Source of the DNA: Phoronis australis
Taxonomy: Eukaryota; Animalia; Phoronida
Length of the DNA stretch: 64,000 bases
Assembly (NCBI GenBank): GCA_002633005.1
Contig: NMRA01000108.1
Location: 477,006 to 541,005, forward strand
Direction of reading: 5' to 3'
Shown here: positions 50,301-63,868 of the stretch, piece by piece
Position numbering within the stretch: the first letter of the stretch is position 1
How the letters are laid out: each line of letters begins with the position of its first letter
Position numbers and translations under genes: made by a program
Notes under the pieces: model-generated
The model's database searches: none
What the model was told of the DNA's origin: nothing
The model's input: only the letters and a program-made list of their open reading frames with translations

Positions 50301-51771
50301 ATAATGAGATACCAAAATGTATATCTAGCAGGTTCTCTGACAATGCCATTATTTTATTTGTTAGAATTACCATGCTTTTTCAATAATTAAGCCAAGTTTC
50401 ATTCGGCTAGCTTCGCCCCTGACCCTGTAATTTTTCATACACTGTAAAAAAGATTCAACTCAGCTTGCGATAAAAAAACATAATGTAATCTTTGTGGAAT
50501 AAACTGTATCTGTGGCTGGAGTTGAGGGGTACTCGTTCCTCACAGGCGTCCACCCCCGAAGCGTTAATAGCCGGTCACGCTAGCTAATTTACGAAACAGC
50601 AAGAAGTCTTCATTGCTCAGATTTTAAGATTAACGACCGTTACTGACGACAGAGGACAGCTTAGATCACTTGGGTCCCCCGGATGGCATTTTATAGGTTA
50701 GGGGTCCTAAGAAGCTTTAATGCAAATCTGATTCCGTATTATGCGTGTAATTCTATGTCGTCAACATTTCAGATTACGCAGTAGACCGAGGAATTGACCC
50801 TATCGTCTACACTCAATTGTATTTAGGTGAAGACGCGAAAGAACGTATCCTGGAAACTGCTGCAGCAAAAGAGTGTATAAAAAGGTAATTCAGATTTCCT
50901 TGTTTTCATACAAGTTTTGTAGTGAAAACGTGTGACGGAGGTGTAGTGTCAGTTATTTTGTTGTCCTTACGTCAGAGCCTCGTTCTGAACCCCCGTCTGT
51001 TCTTGTTTTAAGTAACGACACGCAGATGAAACAAAGTTTATTGCTCTTCTTGGTGTTTCTCGTTAATACTGGCGCAACCCAATTAAATTAGAGACAAAAG
51101 AACAAATTAATTTTGTAGGGCATATTCCTGCTAAAATGACAGTTGCATTTGCTGTCGTCGCAACACTGTGGATTTATTTAGAAATCTACTAGTCGCAGTG
51201 ATTTTTTACATTCCCTGCAGTGGGTCACATTCTCAGTCATATCTCTGTGTCATCGAACTTTGCCTGAAGATGGTACAAGGAATATGTCGAAACTTAGGTT
51301 TTTATTCAAGCACACAAGCGTCGACAATTTTACGCACCCCCTCCGCCGCCAAGCTCTCGCCTATGACACTACAAGTGAGTAAGTGGGTACTACATGACTC
51401 CCTCTTCCTCATGGCCCTGCTATTGATCAGTACGCTTGGCAGATACTAAACGGTACTCAAGTGGTTTGATTCGTCCGCTTTTCCGTAAACTGCTCGTTTA
51501 TCTTCAGTGACACCTGATCGTATTCACATGATCTTGCAGGTATCAAACATCTCTTGTGTTTGTGTTAACTCCACACGTACAATGCATGGAAGACGATGGT
51601 ATGCGCTTGACCCCTAAGATGGAGGAATTGACGACCTTTACGGAAATGATGCAACGTTTGATGACGTCACTTGATATATCTTACCGTTTGATTGATACTG
51701 TAAATCAAGCGGAAAGAGTTAGAATTGTGTGTAGCGCTGTAAACGAGAGAAAGCCTGGGATTGTTCGATAA
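47386..51771 (+). CDS. NadR/Ttd14-like AAA_28 P-loop nucleotide kinase-like protein, 196 aa, three exons
   Basis: Exons 47386-47632, 50773-50884 and 51540-51771 total 591 nt with matching phases. Motifs: Walker A VFICGAHSTGKSTLL, EIAR, Q-x-x-I, VDRGIDPIVY (DR motif) and EDDGMR, typical of AAA_28. Confidence 0.85.
48240..49900 (-). mobile_element. Degenerate RNase H-containing LINE relic in intron 1 of the AAA_28 gene, interrupted by a small insertion (~48905-49180)
   Basis: Minus-strand fragments: KVLGVVLDSKI (RT end), IAILSDS...QIVQQCITNLNNLGRYNRITVAW.LGY (RNase H) and GHCNLQKH...CCVKCSMENETPEH (zinc knuckle), with stops and frameshifts. Confidence 0.75.
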
Positions 51772-53107
51772 ATTAGTTGCACCTCTTTATTTATATATTT
51801 TCTTGTTAACGTTATATTAATGGCATTACTGTATTATTTATCAAGTTGTATCTTTACATTCTCTTAACTCAAGCTTTGAACTTTGATGTACGTTTTAATG
51901 AAGCAAATGTTTTCTGTTGAAAAGTACATAACTTTATACTAGACAGCTTTATTAGCTGCGTGCAATTAAGTCTTTCTAGATATCAAAACTGGACCTGAAT
52001 CTTTGAAGAAAGAATTGTTCTTGCTGTAATTCTGGGAGTGTGGAAACTAATTTCCAATTTTGTTGCACTTCACGCGCCTTGATAACTCTGTTTTAAACTC
52101 ATCTTCTGTCGAGAAAAGCTTTTGACTTAGACCACTTACCAGCTGGTCTCACCTGTTTCCTTACTCAGCTGAGAGTGGTACCGAGGACTGGGAATAAATG
52201 ACAACTCATTATAACTCCTTGACAACATGATCGGCACTTAGCAACCTGCACCGGGTGTCAAGAAACTGAAAATCGGGATAGAGTTCAGTAACGCTAAGAT
52301 CTATGCTAAGACCTCGCTAAAAAGCAAGACGTCGCGAGATTACGTGACATACTGTCGTGTATTTTAAATGAGAACACGTGGTTTTGGCTGGATTTTTTTA
52401 GCCGCGAGGCAGCCACTGAACTCTATCCTGACCCCACCGAGACCGAATTATTACAGTATGTGGTCTCAATACAAAAAACGTACCTCGATTGGCATAGATG
52501 AAGTTATATCCGCGAAGGTCTCGGTCGATACGCGGAATAATGTCTCGTGAGATATTACTTCATCTACGCCAATCAGGTATGTTTTGTATTTATCCCATAC
52601 GCTTCGAATTCTTAAGTTTCTTTCATTTTTCGGCAGATTTCTTAAATATTTCGCCCAGATTGTTCAAGCGGCGTATCACATCCTATATACATGTATGTAT
52701 GTATGTATGTATGTATTTGCGCGTTATGTTACAAGTTCTCTCTAGAGAGATAACAAAGGTGAAAACACCGTGGCAATTGTGCATTGAACTTGTAACATTT
52801 CTCGAATATGATTAAACAACAATATTTAACATTGCATTTTCTGAGGAATAGGCGCCTGAGATGCAGACAATATATTATTTAGCAAATAAAACTGAGACAG
52901 GAGTGTCATATAATTAGCATTTTAAAACCAAATGTTACGTTTGGGACCTGATTGCATGTTGCGTATTATTTATACTGCTGCAATTTTACTACTTCAAACC
53001 ATTTTGGGAAAGTTTCATGATCGAACCGGCTAACGACGTCTAGTCGACATTGACCTACCTTTAAAATTTCCATGTCAGAGGGCACTATTAAAGTAGTCCC
53101 TCGAGTG

Positions 53108-55530
53108 CAATACGGAAAACAATATCACACCGCCGTCTTGCACTCGACTTATTCGAGGTGTGTGGGATAAAAAGATTGTTAATTGAGCAAGTGCTTTGTT
53201 ATCACAACTTAAAAATAATTGTTTTTTCTCGACGCTATCTGAAAGCTAACGTAAACAGTGTGAAAATTTTAAATTATTATGCCAAATCTTCGTATAATCG
53301 GAGATATAGTGGTAGACGTCTACACTCCGCTTTATCTGGGTTAGGTATTAAGGTGCAGTATCTGATTCATTTTAGAAGCTTTATTTGTTTGTTGTTTAAT
53401 TTTTCACTCTAATAAACTGTATTCCTTGGTTCACGGAACTGCAATGTTTTACAACACCGGCTGATAAATATTGTTTTTTTGAAAACACATTTATATTCAA
53501 TAAAAGAAAAGGAGGCATCAATTTCCAAAATTAAATTACTGATACTACTATCTTAATAGCGAGATTTTACTGCTTTGGAGGCATTTCAAGGGTTAGAATG
53601 TTTCATTTCTTAATACCTTAAAGTAAAACATTAGCCGGAATTTCAGAGAAACATTCTCATCAATTCCGGTATTTACTGACTAAATGCGGCCCACGGGCCT
53701 GATAAACAAGAGGCACAAACACGGTTCAACGACCACGATACACGGCTGACCAATCACCATATATGGTGCAGGGCTCACAAAGCCTTATCAACGTGCAAGC
53801 TGCTGCTGACCTAAGGGGACACTTCCCAACAACGGTTTTTGTGAAAACAATATTTATTGAGGATAAAGGTAGGAGATACAATCATCTTAAACAGTAAAGC
53901 TTATATATTTTTTTCCAAGTATCGGCTCGCCTCACGGTCATCTGAAAATTCCATACAGTGAATTGCGGATTTGAAAGGTCAAGTAACGTATATGCAGTCA
54001 ATTCAAAAAAAAGCACGACGTGTTCGCGGCCTTTTGTTTTGATTTTCTTGTCACGTGGTTTCTGATTCATAGACAATTTTGATAATCCGAAGCTAATGCT
54101 AATCTTGAAACAAATTGATGGTTAATGCTTCATTGAATACCTGTAGACAGGTTGAAATTCAAAAAATTTCCGACCCCCAAATAGCAAACTGCACCGAATG
54201 ATTTTTGCCAATATGAAATAACATTCTAAGAAATTGGTGTTTCGGTGAATTTTTCGGGCGTAAGTTGATGAAATTTGGTCAATTTTGTACCCCCCCCCNN
54301 NNNNNNNNNNNNNNNNNNNNNNNNNNNNNNNNNNNNNNNNNNNNNNNNNNNNNNNNNNNNNNNNNNNCAATACGGAAAACAATATCACACCGCCGTCTTG
54401 CACTCGACTTATTCGAGGTGTGTGGGATAAAAAGATTGTTAATTGAGCAAGTGCTTTGTTATCACAACTTAAAAATAATTGTTTTTTCTCGACGCTATCT
54501 GAAAGCTAACGTAAACAGTGTGAAAATTTTAAATTATTATGCCAAATCTTCGTATAATCGGAGATACAGTGGTAGACGTCTACACTCCGCTTTATCTGGG
54601 TTAGGCATTAAGGTGCAGTATCTGATTCATTTTATAAGCTTTATTTGTTTGTTGTTTAATTTTTCACTCTAATAAACTGTATTCCTTGGTTCACGGAACT
54701 GCAATGTTTTACAACACCGGCTGATAAATATTGTTTTTTTGAAAACACATTTATATTCAATAAAAGAAAAGGAGGCATCAATTTCCTAAATTAAATTACT
54801 GATACTACTATCGTAATAGCGAGATTTTACTGCTTGGAGGCATTTTAAGTGTTAGAATGTTTCATTTCTTAATACCTTAATGTAAAACATTACAAGGAAT
54901 CTCAGAGAAACATTGTCATCAATTCCGGTATTTACTGACTAAATGCGGCTTGATAAACAAGAGGCACAAACACGGTTCAACGACCACGATACACGGCTGA
55001 CCAATCACCATATATGGTGCAGGGCTCACAAAGCCTTATCAACGTGTAAGCTGCTGCAGACCTAAGGGGACACTTCTCAACAACGGTTTTTGTGTAAACA
55101 ATATTTATTGAGGATAAAGGTAGGAGATACAATCATCTTAGACAATAAAGCTTGTATCTTTTTTTTTCCAAGTATCGGCTCGCCTCACGGTCATCTGAAA
55201 ATTCCATACAGTGAATTGCGGATTTGAAAGGTCAAGTAATGTATATGCAGTCAATTCAAAAAAGCACGACGTGTGGGCCTTTTGTTTTGATTTTCTTGTC
55301 ACGTGGTTTCTGATTCATAGACCCGAAGCTAATGCTAATCTTGAAACAAACTGATGGTTAATGCTTCATTGAAAACCTGTAGACAGGTTGAAATTCAAAA
55401 AATTTCCGACCCCCAAATAGCAAAGTGCACCGAATGATTTTTGCCATTATGAAATAACATTCTAAGAAATTGGTGTTTCGGTGAATTTTTCGGACGTAAG
55501 TTGATGAAATTTGGTCAATTTTGTATCCCC
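53108..55530. repeat. ~1.2-kb direct duplication across an N gap (probable haplotype duplication)
   Basis: 53108-54298 matches 54367-~55530 with SNPs/indels. The gap is 54299-54366. Confidence 0.9.
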
Positions 55531-55965
55531 CCGAGAGGGCAGCCATAACAAACTGTTTTATACGGCGTGTTTCAACAAGGGATTTCAATTTGAAACAGCC
55601 TCTAAGGCAAAGTACCAGGGAAACCACAACCGCACTTTTTCCAAGTTTACCTTCAAACCATGACCCTAATAAAGTGAACTTTCTCCAAACTGGGCCCTCA
55701 GAAGGTGAATCTTGACCGCAGGCCTCGTTTTCACTCTCAAAAAAGACGAAGCTATGACTACTCTCACTCTGCTAGACATTCAAGCTTCATGATGTTCTGA
55801 CTAATCCAGTCATTGTGATTGTGTACCTGGTGCGTCTGCAAACTGAGATAGTCTTTTTCGAAGAAAACGAGGGTAAATTCGGCATTGCAACCGATCCAGA
55901 TTGTTGACCGATATCGACGTGTGGGTCTGTAAGTGTTACCAGATAAGATAACTGTCGAGAGGAAT

Positions 55966-58900
55966 ATGGTTGTGCTACAAATATTAGGATGTTTTCTGGG
56001 ATCTTTGCTTGTTTTCATAGTGTTTCAAGAATGTTCAAGAAACAAGACATCTGTGCCAGGTTTGTAGATTTCATTTTTATTTACTACGTTTATAAAGGCC
56101 CTGCAGCGACACATTAAAAAATTATTGATTGGTCCATGTTTCCGGGAGGAACCCTTTGTTTTGGCGAGTTAATGCTCCTAGTTAGACATGGTCAACCATG
56201 CATTGAATGGAGGTCATTGATTCGCTACCGCTCGGCTGACTTGATTTATTTCAATTTGAAGTTAAAATTTCGACTTGACCTAAGTAGGGATGCGTGAAAT
56301 GTTTTAAAGATTAGCGAGTATATAATTGACGTGTTTGCTGCATGCACCACTTTTCGGGCTTGGTTTAAGTCTGCATGCTGAATTTCGCGTTTCGGTTATC
56401 GACCTTCACAGTAATTAACGCGAATCCTCACGCGGACCGCAAATGACTTACCTCGAAGCAGAACCTTCACCAAAATTACTGCGGTGCCTAGTAACATGTG
56501 GAAACTGACTGCCGTTCACCTTCAGTGGTATGGGTTCTTCGCCGTGGTAAGTATTCTACGACTCATGCTAAGGGTTTAGTTACTACTAGCGAAGACTGCA
56601 AGCAAACCTCCACTATGTAGCGTACCAATAGAGTTATTTTCACATTCGATTTGTAATAAAGCGATCTTTTTATTCAGAGGGGTTCTTGAATGACGAAAAT
56701 AATGATAGTGCCAATAGCTAGATAAAACTACTTGGGTAAAATATGTTTTGAGGTGCTTCCAATTGACGGCAAACGTAAAAAATGTATTAACGTGGTGTAA
56801 TTTCCTAGAACAGACCATTCGTGGAAGATGTCCAGAAATGCAATTTCCAAGAAAGCAACAGATGTAAATAAGGACGACAGGATTTTTTCCAGAATACTCT
56901 GGGTCTTTAATGTAGTAGGTATTTTTAGCAGGTAGACCTAAGCACCCGTCAGAAGACAACGTTTCCAAAAGTAGTGGCTTTGAGTTACAGATTACAAATA
57001 AAAATAAGTACCACGATCCAATTCCTGGGTGTCTGCAAATGGACCTCTCCGGTACGTGAGCACACATTTTAGAGTAATTACAATTCAAAACTTTCAGACA
57101 CCATGTATTTTGTTTCAGTGCTAATATTGCAACCAAAGATATTTACTTCTGTATAAATACAAGCTCGTGCAACCAAATTTCCGCGCAAATCATATTTGAG
57201 AATAAACTGAGATATGTAGGCGATCTCGTCAAACTTTGCGGCTCTGAGGATTGTCACTGACGTCTTGACAATCGTCTCTTAGACTAATGTACCTTTCATC
57301 CATTTGGTCTAAAATACGTCGCAAATCTTCGAGCGTGTACATCTCAAAAAATCAGTAAACCTCTTCTCCAGTCCCTGGTTGGCAAATATGTCCCAGTTGT
57401 GCTGATATTATAGTTGTTCTCAAGATTTATTATCCGTCAACTTGGAAAGTTAGGGTCATTCGACAAATCTTGACCTTACCTTTAAAAATGAACACATTTG
57501 ACTGTTTTTGTTTAGTCAACAGGTCCGCAAACCCAAATATTCGAGACCCCTGCATCCTCACATTTTAGGCTGGGCGCGCGCATCTGCTCAAATTCTGGTT
57601 ATTCCTGTGCCCTGCCCCCCAACTCAAAATCCTGGATCCGCCCCAGGAACGAACTTGATTGCAGTATAAAAGACAACGTTTTTGATATGCAAAGCTGAGA
57701 CCAAAGTGATGTCGACCAGCTTTAGAGCCTATTCCTCAACGGGCAGGTAATATCCTGTGCTCACCAACTCTTTGACTTGATGGCATTAGCGTTTTTCTGC
57801 ATTTTTCATCCAAATATGCCCCATGGACACGTTACTAAAAGAGAATATACGGTATATCGTTTGATCCAAAAAATTCAGCATAAACGCCAGCAAATACGGA
57901 CAGCATTCCCCCAAGGACTTTCTGATACAACCGTTATACCAGAAGTTCTAATAGACAATCAATATAAGAATACAAAACACAAAGAACAATAATGAACTGT
58001 TGTACAGTGCAAAAATGCTGCAAGCACTCATTAAATTATTTAACGAATATAATGCTAATTCAAAATGTTTTCTTCAATGTCATATTTGTAGGTCCAAGAT
58101 ACTTATTTGGCATCGGTCCCTGGATGACGTATTTCCGCTTCATGTGGATGGGTATACCTGAAGCTGCCACGTATTACGTGAAAACATATGGTGACTTTTG
58201 CAGAGTGTGGTTGCAAGGGGAATCTACATATCTCACCACTAGGTTAATATTAAAACTTTTTAAAATACACATATAGTTTGCTTACAACAAACTTGAGCAA
58301 TGCTGTGTCCAGTGCCGGATTTACACTTTGAAGACTAGATTTTTCCATTTCACATTTTAATATGAAAAAGTGCCTTAGGGAGGCGCCTCTTGCCTATTGG
58401 TGAAATCAGTTGCTACTCTTCGCCAGTTTTTGAAGTTATATATCATTTCATGTAATGGGTTCCCTCTAGGAAGTGCCCCCAAGATGACGGTATGGACCGT
58501 CGGTTTTCCAATATCTAAATTATACGTCACGAGTAAAAGTATCCCGAAGATGGAATCAACATTCCAACTTCAATTTTTAAAATTGTTGTAATTTTATATT
58601 AAAGGATCCCTCTGGGAGGAACCTCCCAGCAGTAGAATTAATAGCCGTGTATTAACGCTGTTTCAGTTTTTAGGAGGCCCTCTTTGAGGGAGGCGGAGCA
58701 ATCGCCGGTTGCCCCTGATAAATCTGACACTCTCTTCATGCAAATAGTTCTGAGTTGTAGATTGTTCATTAAAAAGTTTGTCGTGAATTACTTTTAATTT
58801 CGTTTCTTTTCCAGGCCTTCTGTGGCGTATTATGTGATGAAAACCAACGGAAACAATTACTGTAATCGTTTTGGAGACCCTGTCGGCCTAAAGAACCTGG

Positions 58901-61900
58901 GGATGTTTAAAAACGGCATTATTTGGAATGGGAATGTCCAAGGGTGGAGGAAACTCAGAAACGGGTTTTTTCAAAAAGGTAATCCACAAATCAGGAAAAG
59001 TTAAATGGAAAAACGAAAAAAGTATACTGGGGTAGCGTATTTCGACGTGGTAACACCGTGAAATTTTTTAGATTCGCTGATACGTATCTAAACTGGGCTA
59101 TACAACTTCTCAGCAAAAAGAATGAACTAACAGTTCTGTTCGACAATCAACGATAATAAATCTGAAACACTTACGAACCCATCAGAATATCTCAGTCTCT
59201 GCGTTTTAGCATTAAATGCGGACACACTCAACAAAGCAGCAATGGCGTCTGTGAACGCCACCAATAGGCTGATGGCCATGATTCCCGAGCTGCGTAAACG
59301 CACCGTTGATGGACGAATTGAGGTCTTGGATTTCCTCCGTCGGATTACCCTCGACGTAACAAACAGGTTAACTCTGAAAGTGGATATTCAAAACGGTAGG
59401 TTGGAAGATGTAAACAAGTCTTTTCAGAGATAAAAATGCAACGGAGGTAGAACATTTTACGACCTGCAAATTGTATTTATGTTCGACATGTAAACTATAC
59501 TTTTGCCACTTGCTATAGTGATTAAGCTAACAATGTACATGTAAGCCGTGTCGTCGATTCTAGTTAGGCTTTTGGCACAAACACTCTGTGATTATAAAAA
59601 TACGGTACATGTCTTTTTCTCCAAAGTTATCTCTATGGAAAAGGGTTACATTTCTGCCAATAGACATGGTAAATCCTTCGACAGATATATTTAAAGGAGC
59701 AGCTTCTCTGAAAACCATTGTTTTGAATTCCCTATTCTTAACAGACGTCAGGCAGCTGCCTGGCTCCTTCTACTGGGGATTGATGACTGACTGTTTCCCG
59801 CGAGAATTCATCGCTCTCTGTCAGTGTTCATAGACAACTTCAAGACCCTGAACCAAACGCATTATTGAGATTACTGTTCGGTAAAATTATTATCTTTGAC
59901 CTGAGCTACAAAACAACAGAATCCGTTGCGTTTTTGTGATTTTATTGCAAATCACCATTTTTCGCTGTTGTCTGTCAGACATTCGTTGGAATCAATTAGG
60001 CCGATGTCTTTACCTAATTTTAAATACGCTAATAATTCTCCGCTATTTAACGCGTGTGACTTATCTCAGCAGCAGACCGTTTAGCTGCTACTGCGAAGCC
60101 AGTAGGTTCTATTTCGCGCTGCTGCAACTTGCGACAAAATTACTTTTCTCACCGAGAATGTTCCTTTATGCTACTGTTAATAATAAAGTTTTGTTTTCTA
60201 CATCACAAGACGAAGATTTGGTTGCAAGAATAGTGCAATACTTCAAGGCTTGGGAATACTTCTTGATCAGATCACCAGTTCTTTACAATGGTAACTTCAA
60301 AGAGCACAAGAAGTCTGTGTAAGTAGAGGGGGAAGAAAGGGGGGGCAGGGCAGAGTAAAAAGGGGGGATGAGACGGAGGGTAAAGATGGNNNNNNNNNNN
60401 NNNNNNNNNNNNNNNNNNNNNNNNNNNNNNNNNNNNNNNNNNNNNNNNNNNNNNNNNNNGGGGGGGAGGGAGAGAAATAGGAGAGAAAGAGGGAGAGAGA
60501 GAGAGATAGGAGAGAGAGTGAAAGAGGGGGAGGGTAGATGGATGGGGAGGGTGGAGGGGGAGGGAGGGAGAGGGAGAGAGAGAAATAGAAGAGGGAGAGG
60601 GAGAGAGATAGGAGAGGGAGTTGGAGAGGGGGAGGTTAGATGGATGGGGAGGGGGGAGGCAGAGGGAGAGGGAGAGGGAAAAAGAGAGAGAGAGAGAGTC
60701 ATAGAATCATTTGCTGACGTCTGTTCTATCCTATTTACAACGGCACGTCGTTTTCACCGGACATTTCTCTAGCCATTATCGCCAAGTGTTACAGCGGCGT
60801 TTGAAAAGCGAACACGGAGAAATTTATGCTGGAATATATTAAATATATTTTTTTAATTAGGATTTGAACTAGGGACATTTCGGCAGCCTATCCATGCGCC
60901 CATACAGAGCCTGAAATACAGAGGGCTCGAATTTTTGGCAATGTGGACCTTTTACTAACAAAGCAAACGGAGGACGAAAAATAAAACGGGGTACCACGTT
61001 CAGACCAGCTATGAATTGTGCATTCACGCATTTTCAGTGGACTTCTATCTCGTTTTCTCGGACTTTTGTGTCTCCGAGGCGTACCTTTTTTGCCCACTTC
61101 GCTAAATGAGGGGACTCTTTTGAGCCCCCCCCCGGGTGCGGGCATGACTATCCAGCGCTTAACAACTGTGAATCATCACGATTCAAGTTGCGTTCTTAAC
61201 TTTCAGGGCGGATTTGAACGAATCTATCAAAGACCTTGTCGATAGGAAAAGGCAAAGTATGACAAAGTTCAATTACTCGCTTGATGACACTAACTGCGAC
61301 TTCACGGAACATCTTATAAGAGCGGAGGTTTGTTAGACCAACCCCATATCACAGTTCATCTGACATTACCACACTGTTTTATGTTTATATTGCCCCTAAA
61401 GCGGTGATTGGAGGTTTTCTGGGTCAAAGTGTGACTGACAAAACAAATTGGGAAGCTTTTATAATCATTAAATTTCTATCCATTCACAGAGAAATACAAT
61501 TTTAGCATAAGATGAGCTAACATTATTTTGACTGAAACATGCTTTAATTGTAGAGTAGATAAAAATCGTAAAATTCCACCAGTGTACGATGAGTGGTTTC
61601 GTTTTTTTGCAAGTATTTCTGAAGATGTGATGCATTTTTGTTGACCGATAAACTTACTAACTCACTGTTCATATGTTAGCAAACCCTCCAAGTTCAGTAA
61701 CCGGAAGGAGCGCTGGCGTTTCGTAGACGCAAGACACTCGCAAAGTACTTAAAGCGAGGAATTGTTAGAAACGGAACGGTAACAATCACTTTGAATTACG
61801 TCTCGTAGTTCAACATTCCAACTTCACCGACCAACTCCTTCAGTTGGCGGTATTTTGATAGAGCATGTATACGCCGCAGTAAGGTCTCAAACACACAGAA

Positions 61901-63868
61901 CATCCGCCTTTTGATTACCGTGATTTTGCGTCAACTTACGTGATCAAGCAGTTCGCGAGTTTCCCGCCACTACATGGAACGCGCCCTATTATTGATATCA
62001 AATAGATGTTGCAATGCCGCGTAGTTGCCGACGAATAAAAACATAATGTAGTAAAACTAGTAAAACTAAAATGACGAGCGTCGATACTAAAATATATTAA
62101 AATATCCCCACGTATCGAGCAATACTAGTTTCCCTATTATTGAGTTATTTGCTCTCTTCCGCTTTAACTCTTGAGGAGAAAGGTTATTTGTGGTATCGTT
62201 ATAAGCTTCACTGGTGGTCAAATTCCTCCATAGACTCTATTCACGCGGCGGACATTAAAATCCAAAGCGAGGCTCACTGCGATAAACAAAGCGAAAGTAG
62301 ACATTGCGTGAGTTAAATAGCCGGTCTTTCGAGTCCAACCTGGATATTGAATTTTAATATTGTGTCAACAATTAAACCACACAGACGTAGAAAATTACAT
62401 TAGATAACATGTTAAGGCGTCAAAGACTTGTCTGACGAAAGGGTTTAATTTTTTTCGGAAAACTAGGTTCGAAACATGAAAAGTAAATATGACCAAATTG
62501 CGGCGATCGTAGTGTTACGGATTAGGTATTATGCTGAATGCAGGGTTACTTTTTTCTTGTAAATTGTTGATCAAAATACTTTCTACGCGGACCAGGTCAT
62601 CTGCTCGTATTGTTGACGAGTTGAAGACATATTCGACAGTGGTGGCTGTCATGTGCAATTAGTCACATCTGGTTTAATTTGTTGATCAAGAATATTAAAA
62701 TCAAGCATAGCCTGATCCTATGCACTCCCTGGNNNNNNNNNNNNNNNNNNCCCCGCCCTGTTGCAAGCTCTCATAGGCTCTGTCTCATTTTAAAGTAGCC
62801 TTTTGTGCTCTTAAAAATTGTCACCTGTGTGGTTACAGGTTATGTGAACTCAGAGAGATTTTTCACTAGGGGAATTTTTATGCCTCGTGGGGGGAATTTC
62901 GCGTGATATTTCAATATTTTTGAGAGGGGAATAGGGCCAATATTGGGCCCTAAATTTGAGTGATTGAGGGCTCTGTCCTTCTTGGAAACTGAGAAAAATT
63001 ATAATGTTTCAACCCGTAGCAGGGGCGGATCCAGGATTTTGAATTAGGGGGAGGGGGGCAGGCACAGGAATAAGCAACATTTCGGCAGATGCGCGCGCCC
63101 AGCCTAAAATCTGGGGATGCAAGGGTTTTGAATTCTTGGGTTTGTGGACCTGTTGACTAAAAAAAAAACGGTAAACGGGGTTCATTCAGCGCCTATGCGT
63201 TGTTTATTCACCCCCAAGACCCCCTGGTTGCGCACGTGTGCTAGTCAGCAATTCGCACCCGAACTCAAAAATGGGATTTGATACAATTTTAGTGCCCCCC
63301 CCTAAATCCGTAGTTATGAAAATACAACCTGGCTGGCCCATTCTCTGATCGTTACTATGATGCTTGACAACTGACCGAGATGCTACAAAATATGATCTAA
63401 CTTTTCGAAAACATTTATTTTACACGGACATATTTTGCTTCGTCGGCGTATGGCAACGACCCAACGCTTCCGAATCTAAACGTCTTCAGAGATTGTGAAG
63501 CGTGTACGTACTTTTTTCTAGCCGTTCGGGGAACAACACGGACTGAAACACAGACTCCTATGCCGATAAGCTAACAGAGCTATCGTAGCGAGCCTCGTTT
63601 TGGAACGCGCCTCCTGTCGGCGTGAATAGGGTCTATGCTTGTGATTACTCATGGTTTTAAAAACTGTTAGCTTGCAGATCTATACTCTCTTCTCTTTCAT
63701 ATGAGGTTCGTGGTGACATTGTTCAAGAAAACGTTACCCAGTGCGTGCTGGAAATGCTGTTGGCGGGAACCGACACATCGTCGGTTACGATGTACTACCT
63801 ATTGGTGTCGTTAGCAGAAAAACCGGAAATTCAAGAGAAGGTTGTGGATGAGATAGCTCGGGTCATAG
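55966..63868 (+). CDS. CYP19: Cytochrome P450 family 19 (aromatase-like), first seven coding exons; heme-binding exons lie beyond the window
   Basis: Exons: 55966-56059 (TM anchor ending NKTSVP G), 58092-58242 (PRYLFGIGPWMTYFRFMWMGI...YGDFCRVW), 58815-58978 (NYCNRFGDPVGL...GIIWN), 59210-59395 (LRRITLDVTN), 60210-60318 (YFKAWEYFLI), 61207-61327 (DFTEHLIRAE) and 63706-63868 (RGDIVQENVTQCVLEMLLAGTDT). Each aligns by eye to recalled human CYP19A1 segments, with introns at the same positions. Confidence 0.88.
57490..57645. repeat. GGGGCGGATCCAGG-type MITE end, with an inverted copy at ~63020-63187
   Basis: TTAGTCAACAGGTCC...TTTTAGGCTGGGCGCGCGCATCTGC...AAAATCCTGGATCCGCCCC is the reverse complement of 63022-63160. 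Confidence 0.8.
60460..60698 (+). repeat. GA-rich polypurine low-complexity tract
   Basis: Almost only G/A, with a duplicated ~100-bp subunit, next to an N gap. Confidence 0.9.

Noticed and set aside
53108-55530. Duplicated small gene (MCGIKRLLIEQ... ORFs)
   Set aside because: The duplication straddles an N gap in repeat-like DNA, and the ORFs have no recognisable motifs.
56496-57051. Alternative first exons of CYP19
   Set aside because: Donor-like sites exist, but 55966-56059 already supplies the membrane anchor and the phase-correct SVP G|P junction.
60283-60772. Pro/Ser-rich or Arg/Gly/Glu-rich protein
   Set aside because: It is a translation of an intronic GA tract and an N gap.
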